This document shows positions 47,690 to 55,132 of a stretch of 64,000 nt of DNA, one piece after another. The position numbers and the translations under genes were made by a program. Within the stretch, counting starts at the first letter, position 1; each line of letters opens with the position of its first letter. Origin of the DNA: Clostridia bacterium (GTDB lineage: Bacteria; Bacillota; Clostridia; Christensenellales; Aristaeellaceae); assembly GCA_017502305.1 (NCBI GenBank), contig JAFVVG010000043.1:47961-111960 (forward strand), in the 5' to 3' direction. Under the pieces are notes generated by a model that was not told the origin of the DNA, did not search any database, and worked only from the letters and a program-made list of their open reading frames with translations.

Positions 47690-48808
47690 ATGTTCTACAC
47701 GAATTTCCCCAACACGGACATCAAGAGCAGCATGCTGGGCTTCGGCTGCATGCGCCTGCCGGTGAAGGACGGCAAGATTGACGAGGCGGAGGCCATCCGC
47801 ATGATCCGCCATGCTATCGACAGCGGCGTGAACTACATCGATACCGCCTATCCCTACCACGGCGGCGAGAGCGAGATCATTGTGGGCAAGGCCCTGCAGG
47901 ACGGCTACCGTGAGAAGGTTACCCTGGCCACCAAGCTGCCCTGCTGGAATGTGCACAAGCATGAGGACATGATGGCCATCCTGGATGAGCAGCTGCAGAA
48001 GCTCCAGACGGATCACATGGACTTCTACCTGATGCACGCCATGAACGCCCAGCGCCTGGAAGAGATGCAGCAGTATGATTACAAGAGCTTCCTGGATGAG
48101 GCCCTGGCCCAGGGGAAGATCCGCTATCCTGCCTTCTCCTTCCATGATGGCTACGACGCCTTTATGAAGATCCTCAACGATTACGACTGGAAAATGTGCC
48201 AGGTGCAGATGAACATTCTCGATGACGAAAACCAGTGCACCCTGGAGGGCATCCGCCAGGCCGGCAAGAAGGGCGTGGGCGTGGTGATCATGGAGCCTCT
48301 GCGCGGCGGCCTGATGGCCAATCCGCCCAAGGCTGTGGTGGAGGCTTATGCGCAGTTCGAGGCAAAGCGTTCCCCCGTGGAGTGGGCCTTCCGCTACCTG
48401 TATACCATGCCCGAGGTGAAGTGCATTCTTTCCGGCATGAGCACCTGGGAGCAGCTGGTGGATAACCTGAACATCTTTGATCTGGAAAAGCAGCCCGAGC
48501 TCTCTGATGAGGAGAAGGCGCTCTATGGGAAGGTGAAGGAGACCTACATTTCCCTGACCAAGACCCGCTGCACCGGCTGCCGGTACTGCCAGCCCTGCCC
48601 CATGGGCGTGGCGATTCCCCACATCTTCCAGAACTACGATACCAGCCTGCTGCGGGCTCAGGGCAGTTATAAGGCCGGCTATGCCAAGGTCATTGCTGAC
48701 GAGCATGATGCTTCCCGCTGCGTGCAGTGCGGACAGTGCGAGGCGGCATGTCCGCAGCATTTGCCGATTATCCAGTATCTGCAGGAGATTCACGAGGAGT
48801 GCAAGTAA
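47690..48808 (+). CDS. Aldo/keto reductase with C-terminal 4Fe-4S cluster domain
   Basis: MLGFGCMRLP...GVNYIDTAYPYHGGESE is the AKR fold. C-terminal CTGCRYCQPCP and CVQCGQCEAACP are ferredoxin-type motifs. Confidence 0.8.
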   Translation: MFYTNFPNTDIKSSMLGFGCMRLPVKDGKIDEAEAIRMIRHAIDSGVNYIDTAYPYHGGESEIIVGKALQDGYREKVTLATKLPCWNVHKHEDMMAILDEQLQKLQTDHMDFYLMHAMNAQRLEEMQQYDYKSFLDEALAQGKIRYPAFSFHDGYDAFMKILNDYDWKMCQVQMNILDDENQCTLEGIRQAGKKGVGVVIMEPLRGGLMANPPKAVVEAYAQFEAKRSPVEWAFRYLYTMPEVKCILSGMSTWEQLVDNLNIFDLEKQPELSDEEKALYGKVKETYISLTKTRCTGCRYCQPCPMGVAIPHIFQNYDTSLLRAQGSYKAGYAKVIADEHDASRCVQCGQCEAACPQHLPIIQYLQEIHEECK

Positions 48809-48810
48809 GA

Positions 48811-48844
48811 AAAAGGCTCCGATACGAACGTATCGGAGCCTTTT
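48811..48844. terminator. Bidirectional terminator between convergent genes
   Basis: AAAAGGCTCCGATACG-aa-CGTATCGGAGCCTTTT: 16-bp perfect palindrome. Confidence 0.85.
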
Positions 48845-48845
48845 A

Positions 48846-49358
48846 TCATGGAGCGAAAGACACCTTGTATTCACCGTCGATCAGGATATGGGGGCAGCCG
48901 TGGCGCCGGCATTCAGCCAGGTTGTGGGCGTTGTCCCGCAGCAGTTCATCCATGGAAAGTTCAGGGTCGTCGCCCCGGTTCTCCACCACGCTGGCGTAGC
49001 GCCGGATGTCCGCAAAGTGGGTGCGGATGTAGCTTTCCGTCATGATCAGCCATACGCAGCGGATATTGCGCAGGTATTCATCCCCGAAGCTGTTGCGCCA
49101 ATCGTGAGGGATGTAGCAGCCCTCGATGATGAGGTTCTGCTCATTCTCGATGGCGGTCTTGGCCATTTCCCGGAGGATCGGCCAGAGGTAGGGTGTAAGC
49201 TGTGCATCATCGCTGGGGGTGAGGGTGGTGTGCCCGGCCCGGATCAGCCCCATCTTCAGGTGATCAATGGACAGATAAGGGTAACCGTATTGCTTCATCA
49301 ATCGATGAGCGAGGGCTGTTTTGCCAGTGTGGGTAGTGCCGGCGATGAGAATGACCAT
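48846..49358 (-). CDS. P-loop NTPase / putative small-molecule kinase
   Basis: 170 aa. Walker A is VILIAGTTHTGKTALA. No further family assignment is possible by eye. Confidence 0.5.
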   Translation of the reverse strand: MVILIAGTTHTGKTALAHRLMKQYGYPYLSIDHLKMGLIRAGHTTLTPSDDAQLTPYLWPILREMAKTAIENEQNLIIEGCYIPHDWRNSFGDEYLRNIRCVWLIMTESYIRTHFADIRRYASVVENRGDDPELSMDELLRDNAHNLAECRRHGCPHILIDGEYKVSFAP

Positions 49359-49388
49359 GGGAAACCTCCGGGGAAAATTGAAATCAGG

Positions 49389-49591
49389 AATTTGGAATGC
49401 GGAATGGAGCGTGTGGGACGGTAAAGTGGCGCGTTGAGCAAGGGGCAGAACCGCTCCCTCTGACCTCGTGAGGGAGGTTTAGTTGCTTTTCCCGGGTCGT
49501 AGCGCGATCGTATTCGCGCTGTGCCCCCTGCTCGTAGATTACCATGCAGTGCTATCTCCCAAATGGGATTCTTAAAGGGCGCCCCCCTTTA
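49389..49591 (+). repeat. Mosaic hairpin-array repeat, copy D (degenerate)
   Basis: Left end AATTTGGAATGCGGAATGGAG matches copy C. GC module is CCCGGGTCGTAGCGCG-atcgtatt-CGCGCTGTGCCCCC (49491-49528). A GGGATTCTTAAAGGG tail carries a single hairpin TAAAGGG-cgccc-CCCTTTA (49573-49591), which contains the rodA stop. Confidence 0.75.
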
Positions 49592-50794
49592 CCTGCGGGT
49601 GTTGAAACGATAAGGGTTGGAGGTGGTTTGCGGGGTGAGCACCGTGGCGGAAAGGCTGCGGTTCTTGGTGACGTTCAGCACCAGGGCCACGCCGCCCATG
49701 TTGGTCACCATGTTGGAGCCGCCGTAGGACAGGAAGGGCAGCGGTATGCCGGTGATGGGCATCAGGCCCAAAGTCATGCCGATGTTTTCGAATACGTGGA
49801 AGAGCAGCATACCCATCACGCCTACGATGATCAGCATGCCGAATTTATCCTTGGTGTAGCGCGCCAGGTAGAGCATGCGCAGGATGATCAGCAGATACAC
49901 GATCAGGATGGTGAAGCAGCCCACAAAACCAAAGGCTTCGCCGATGGTGGAGTAGATGAAGTCTGTCCAGTCGGCAGGAACGTAGTTCAGCTGGGAAAGG
50001 GCGCCATCCACAAACATGCCGATGCCACGTACGCCGCCGGAGCCGATGGCCATCATGCTTTGCAGCTGCTGGTAGGCGTCGTCAGCAGGGGAGAGCTCGG
50101 GGTTGATGAAGGCCATGATGCGGGCCAGGCGGTAGTCGTCGGAGCCGGTGGCCACCATGAAGCCATACAGCGCAAGAATGCCCAGAATAGCCACGGCAGC
50201 CATGGAGAGCAGGAGCTTCATATCCACATTGGAGAAAAACAGCATCACGGCGAAAAGGAAAATGATCACCAGAACGGAGCCGGTTTCGCCGGAAAGCAGG
50301 ATGATCAGGCTGGGCACGCCCACCAGGATCATGATGTGCATGAACTCCTTCACGGTGCTCATGGGGCGCTCGTAGCGGGAGAGGGTCTTGGCCAGCATGA
50401 GGATCATGGCCAGCTTGGCAAACTCTGACGGCTGTATGGTGAAGCCCCACAGAACGTCCAGCCAGGCCTTCACGCCCTCGGCGCGGTTGAAGATCCACAC
50501 AACAAAAACCAGAATGGTGATGCCGTAATAAAGCAGCTCGGTGTGGCGGCGCATAAAATCGTAGGGAATGGAGCAGACCACCAGCACGATGAAGGGCGCC
50601 ACCGCCAGAAAGATGCACTGGTTGACGGCATAAGAGGAATTGACAATGTGGTTCAGCAGCGAGGCCTCGGCGTTGGACTCGGTGGAATAGGTGGCGACGC
50701 ACACCGCCAGCACGCCGAAGATGGCCAGACCGAAAACAAGGAAAAGCAGGGTTTTATCGATATGGGCACGGGAGCGTCTGTTCTCAGCAATCAA
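49589..50794 (-). CDS. rodA: SEDS glycosyltransferase RodA
   Basis: FTIQPSEFAKL, PADWTDFIYSTIGEAFGFVG and PLPFLSYGGS. TTG start at 50794 lies 9 nt after AAGGAGG and overlaps the minD stop. Confidence 0.9.
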   Translation of the reverse strand: MIAENRRSRAHIDKTLLFLVFGLAIFGVLAVCVATYSTESNAEASLLNHIVNSSYAVNQCIFLAVAPFIVLVVCSIPYDFMRRHTELLYYGITILVFVVWIFNRAEGVKAWLDVLWGFTIQPSEFAKLAMILMLAKTLSRYERPMSTVKEFMHIMILVGVPSLIILLSGETGSVLVIIFLFAVMLFFSNVDMKLLLSMAAVAILGILALYGFMVATGSDDYRLARIMAFINPELSPADDAYQQLQSMMAIGSGGVRGIGMFVDGALSQLNYVPADWTDFIYSTIGEAFGFVGCFTILIVYLLIILRMLYLARYTKDKFGMLIIVGVMGMLLFHVFENIGMTLGLMPITGIPLPFLSYGGSNMVTNMGGVALVLNVTKNRSLSATVLTPQTTSNPYRFNTRR

Positions 50795-51599
50795 GACGTT
50801 TGACCTCCTTGAGCTTGGGGGCAAAGAGCCGGCGGAAGAAGCCGGGCTTCACGGCACCATAGGAAGGGAAATCGGTGGAGAGCCCCACCATGCGCCGGGC
50901 GATACGCTCCATGGCCTCATGGGCTTCGCACGCCACATCCATGACAGTCATGTGCTTGAGCAATGTGCGGTAGACCATGGGGTCCTCGGGAATCTCGCCC
51001 AGGAGTTCCACGTCGAGGGTCTGGGCCACGGTGGAGGCGGTGTACATCTCGCCGGCCTGGATGAGCTGGGCATCCAGCCGGTTCACGATGAGCTGGGGGC
51101 GGGGAAGGCTCTTCTCCTGCATGAGGGCCACCACTCGCTCGGCGTTGCGGATGCACACGTCATCGGGGGTGCATACAACGATGGTCTTGTCCACCAGCTC
51201 GTTCATCAGGCCGCGGAGGCTGCGCTCGATACCGGCGGGGCAATCGATGATAATCTGATCGTTGGTTTCCTTCAAAAGCAGCAGAATGCGGCGGAAGGCC
51301 TTGCGGTCCAGCGCCTTGGCCCGGGCAAACTGGGCGGCGGGCAGGAGCGACAGGTTGGGCACATCCGCCGGGCTGATCAGCGCCTGGGGCAGGCGGCAAT
51401 CCTTGTTGGCCACGTCCACCAGGTCGTACACCACACGGTCAGCCAGGCCCAGAATGGCATCCTGGTCACGCAGACCGATATCAGCGTCCACAATGCAGGT
51501 CTTCTGCCCGCGCTTGGCCAGGGCAACGCCCAAAGCGGAAGCGATGGTAGACTTGCCCACGCCGCCCTTGCCGGACGCGATCATCCATACAGTACCCAT
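50784..51599 (-). CDS. minD: Septum site-determining ATPase MinD
   Basis: Deviant Walker A SGKGGVGKST and DADIGLRDQD. Alignable with E. coli MinD throughout. The C-terminal amphipathic membrane-targeting helix is GFFRRLFAPKLKEV. Confidence 0.9.
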   Translation of the reverse strand: MGTVWMIASGKGGVGKSTIASALGVALAKRGQKTCIVDADIGLRDQDAILGLADRVVYDLVDVANKDCRLPQALISPADVPNLSLLPAAQFARAKALDRKAFRRILLLLKETNDQIIIDCPAGIERSLRGLMNELVDKTIVVCTPDDVCIRNAERVVALMQEKSLPRPQLIVNRLDAQLIQAGEMYTASTVAQTLDVELLGEIPEDPMVYRTLLKHMTVMDVACEAHEAMERIARRMVGLSTDFPSYGAVKPGFFRRLFAPKLKEVKRLDC

Positions 51600-51616
51600 G
51601 AAATCACCTCAGAGGA

Positions 51617-51900
51617 AATTTGGAATGATGAATTGAGTATGTGAGCCGGGCGAACAACGTTCGTCCCAACATTTTATGTGCGACTGTACCGCGTCGCGGC
51701 GCTCCCGTTGAGCGCCGTGACCCCTTCTTGGCAGTTAAGGGTATGCCTTCCCCGAAAGGGTGTCGAGAGGGCCGAAGGGCCCTTCGCGGGATTCTTAAGG
51801 GCAGAGCCCTTAAGCGGGTTGTCAGGGCAGCGCCCTGACCGGGGTGCAGGGGCAGCGCCCCTTGCTCAGGGGATTCCTAAGGGGGCGAAGCCCCCTTAGG
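51617..51900 (+). repeat. Mosaic hairpin-array repeat, copy C (most complete)
   Basis: Left end AATTTGGAATG, GC module at 51688-51724, and core at 51756-51790. Four hairpins lie at 51794-51814, 51822-51838, 51847-51864 and 51876-51900. The last one contains the mrdA stop codon. Confidence 0.85.
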
Positions 51901-54457
51901 GCGCCAGGCTGTTGCCGGAGGGGAGAACGTAATCGGTGGTACGGAGGGTCTTTTGGTCCATGTACCACTGGATGAAGTCGCGGGCGGCAGGGGAAGCATA
52001 GCCGCCGGAATAGCCGTTGGGGATGAAGACCGCGATGGCGATCTCCGGGTTTTCGTAGGGGGCAAAGATCACGAACCAGGCGTTGTTTTCCAGGTCGATC
52101 TTGGTAACCTGGGCGGTACCTGTTTTAGCGGCGATCTCGTCCTGATACTGGAAGTTGCGGAAGTGCTTCTTGGCGGTGCCGGTATCGTCGGTAACGCCCT
52201 TCATGCCGCGGCGGATCAGGGGCAGGTATTCATCGGCCTTGTCCAGGCGGTGGATGAGCTTCGGCTCCCGCTGGGTGAGGATCTCGCCCTCGGGAGAGGT
52301 GATGGAATCGATGATGGAAACGTTGTAGAGATAGCCGTTGTTGGCCACGGCGCAGACGTAGCGGGCCGCGGCAATGGGGGTGATCACCGTGACGGACTGG
52401 CCGATGCCGGTCAGTATGGTTTGCGCGCCACCCCACTTGATATCGTTCATGTAGTTGTAGGTGTCGCCGATGACGGCCTGCAGGTAAACCATCTCTTTGG
52501 TCATGTTGAGTTCTTCCATGAGAATGGTGCGCATGTTGTCCAGCCATTCGGATTCGGGGTAATTCACAGCCATGTCCATCAGGCGCTTGGCACACACGGA
52601 AAGGCGTTCGTCGTCGTACTCCATGTTGCGGGAGGCGCCGCAGGCCTTCAGGTGCTTCTTGATGGAGTTGAAAACGATGATGGGCCGGGAGGTATCCTGG
52701 CTGGCTTCGTTCATGGCCTTGGTGGTGTCGTAGAGGGTGTTCTGCGAGCCCACCACGCTGCGGACCTCGCCGGGAAGGTCGATGCCCGTGCGGGAGGTGA
52801 GGCCGAACAGGGACGCATAGCGGTAGAGGCGCTCTTCGCCCAGGCGGGAGCCGCACTCGTAGAAGAAATAGTTGCAGGAGTTGGTCAGGCCCTCCACGAT
52901 GGTCTGGTTCATGTGCTCCGTGCCCACGCTGCGCAGGGGGATCCAGCAGCGGGGAGCGGTGTTGGTATCGTTGTTGTAGCGGGTGTAGTAGCCCATGTCG
53001 TGGATGCGCTCGTTGATTTGCAGTTCACCCTCGGCCAGGGCGCCGAAGCCGGTGACCATTTTGAAAATGGAGCCGGGGGTGCCGCGGGCGTGGATGCCGT
53101 AGTTCAGCAGCAGGTTGCGCTCGTCCGCCAGAATGGCGATGGCGTCCTTGCCGCCGGCAACCAGGGCGTTCAGGTCGTAGGTGGGATAGTTGGCCATGGC
53201 CAGCACACGGTCCTGCATGTCGAGCACGATCATGCAGCCATGCTCGGCCAGGGCCATGGGGTATTTCTCCCAGTCGCGGTTGGCGATGTCGGCTTTGTTG
53301 GCCTCCAGCCAGGAATCACTGACCATGAGCTTTTCCTGCTCGTCGCGGACGGTGTTCACGTTATCGGCAATGGCACGCTCAGCCACCTGCTGATAGCTGG
53401 CGATGAGGGTCAGCTTCACGTTGTTGCCGTCCTGGGGCGCCACGTAGTCCAGCTCGCGGACCACCTTGGCACGCTGGTCACGCTCCACCAGGCGGCTGCC
53501 CTTGCGCAGGGAGGAATTCTGGGTGAGCCAGTCCTCCATGGAGGACTCGATGCCGTCGCGGCCGATGGTATCGTTGTAGGAATAGCCCTTGGCCTGCAGC
53601 TCCGCCCACTTGGACTGGCTGGGAATAGCGCCGGTATAGCCGATGATCTGGCTGGCCAGGGTGGAGCGGGGATAGACACGCTTGGTGCCCACGGAGATCT
53701 CCATGCCCGCCAGGGACATGGACTTGGTTTCTACTTCGATAACGGTCTCGTAGCGGACGTCTTTGGCGATGACGATGGGCTGGGAGTTGAACACGTTCAT
53801 CTGCATTTCGGAAAAGACCGCCATGACCTTGAGCATGGTCTCTTCGTCCACCATGATGACGTCCACGGGGGCGTATTCGCGGCTGTTGTCGTAGTCCAGC
53901 AGGGCCTGACGCTCCTCCTCGGTGGTGGCCAAACGGTAGGTATCCCGGAGCTTCTTGATGCAGTCGGCGGCGGTGGGGTAGCGGGTGGCGGTGACATAGT
54001 TGTTGCTGCGCCACTGCTTTTCACGCTTGGCCAGCACGGTTTCGCTGACGCCGGAGCCGAAGTTGAACTCCCACTCGCCGGTTTCCTCGTTGCGCTGGAT
54101 CACATAATCAACGGCCAGCTCGCCGCCGTTTTTCTCGATGATGTCGATGGTATCGATAATGGACTGGGAGAAGCTCAGGTAGGTGGCGCGGCTGGTGCTG
54201 GAGCCATCCTTGTAGAAGGTGACGTTGTAGATCAATTCGTCCTCTGCCAGAATAACTGAATCCGCGTCGGTGATGTTGCCGCGCTTGCCGCGAAGGGCAA
54301 TGGGCTTGGTGCGGGTGCTTTCGGCCTTGGTGACGTATTCCTCGGAGTTGTTCAGCTGCAGGCGCACAAGGCCCGAAGCCAGATAACCGAACATAACAAG
54401 AAGAATCGCGATAAAGGCCAGATAACGGCCCCGCATGCCCTGGGGCATTTTGTTCAT
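51896..54457 (-). CDS. mrdA: Penicillin-binding protein 2 (elongasome transpeptidase), unusually long
   Basis: 853 aa. SxxK (GSIFK), SxN (SCN) and KTG (KTGTAQ) motifs. ATG lies after AAAGGAGG. Sits in the mre operon after mreD. Confidence 0.85.
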   Translation of the reverse strand: MNKMPQGMRGRYLAFIAILLVMFGYLASGLVRLQLNNSEEYVTKAESTRTKPIALRGKRGNITDADSVILAEDELIYNVTFYKDGSSTSRATYLSFSQSIIDTIDIIEKNGGELAVDYVIQRNEETGEWEFNFGSGVSETVLAKREKQWRSNNYVTATRYPTAADCIKKLRDTYRLATTEEERQALLDYDNSREYAPVDVIMVDEETMLKVMAVFSEMQMNVFNSQPIVIAKDVRYETVIEVETKSMSLAGMEISVGTKRVYPRSTLASQIIGYTGAIPSQSKWAELQAKGYSYNDTIGRDGIESSMEDWLTQNSSLRKGSRLVERDQRAKVVRELDYVAPQDGNNVKLTLIASYQQVAERAIADNVNTVRDEQEKLMVSDSWLEANKADIANRDWEKYPMALAEHGCMIVLDMQDRVLAMANYPTYDLNALVAGGKDAIAILADERNLLLNYGIHARGTPGSIFKMVTGFGALAEGELQINERIHDMGYYTRYNNDTNTAPRCWIPLRSVGTEHMNQTIVEGLTNSCNYFFYECGSRLGEERLYRYASLFGLTSRTGIDLPGEVRSVVGSQNTLYDTTKAMNEASQDTSRPIIVFNSIKKHLKACGASRNMEYDDERLSVCAKRLMDMAVNYPESEWLDNMRTILMEELNMTKEMVYLQAVIGDTYNYMNDIKWGGAQTILTGIGQSVTVITPIAAARYVCAVANNGYLYNVSIIDSITSPEGEILTQREPKLIHRLDKADEYLPLIRRGMKGVTDDTGTAKKHFRNFQYQDEIAAKTGTAQVTKIDLENNAWFVIFAPYENPEIAIAVFIPNGYSGGYASPAARDFIQWYMDQKTLRTTDYVLPSGNSLAP

Positions 54458-54520
54458 GGGGAAACCTCCTTTCCGCCGGGCGGCATATCGCATGGCCCGT
54501 CAGAGTGTGGAAAAAGGGAA

Positions 54521-55129
54521 TTACGTTCTGCCGATATGGAAAAGGGGCTTTTCCGGGGGCGTTTCCTTTTTGTGCTTCTTGAAGCCCAGGAAACGGCGCA
54601 CCGGCAGCACGATGGCCAGGGTGAGCAGCGTGGTCCAGAAGATGCTGGCCAGGGGCCTGCCCAGGGAGGCGAAGGAAAGCACAGCGCCGCCCAGGTACAT
54701 GTAGACCAGGTTCACGATCTCGTACAGGAGCGTGTTGCCGGCGGCGCAGCCCAGGGTGCGCAGGTAGGGGTTGATGTTGCGGCCAGCCTTGCCCAGGGAG
54801 CGCTCGTACTCCAGGCGCTTCTCGGACTTATCCGCGAAGAACATGCTCATGAAGCCGGCGCTGAGGGGGTAGAGGGCCAGGTTCAGCATGGGGATGGTGG
54901 GACACATGGTTTCCATCAGGATGCCGTAGATGCAGCCAACCCACAGCGCCCGCAGCCTGCCATAGCCAACGGTGATGATGGCGATGACGGCAAAGAGGAT
55001 GCTGGGGGTAACGCCGCCGATGCGCAGATAGGGCATCACGCACACCTGCAGAAGGTAGCCCAGAAAAACCACGAGAAAGAATTTGAGCTGGGATGCCCCC
55101 GTCTGCCACAGGGATTTGAGAAAACGCAC
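54521..55129 (-). CDS. mreD: Rod shape-determining protein MreD
   Basis: 202 aa polytopic membrane protein immediately after mreC (3-nt gap). Confidence 0.7.
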   Translation of the reverse strand: MRFLKSLWQTGASQLKFFLVVFLGYLLQVCVMPYLRIGGVTPSILFAVIAIITVGYGRLRALWVGCIYGILMETMCPTIPMLNLALYPLSAGFMSMFFADKSEKRLEYERSLGKAGRNINPYLRTLGCAAGNTLLYEIVNLVYMYLGGAVLSFASLGRPLASIFWTTLLTLAIVLPVRRFLGFKKHKKETPPEKPLFHIGRT

Positions 55130-55132
55130 GCT

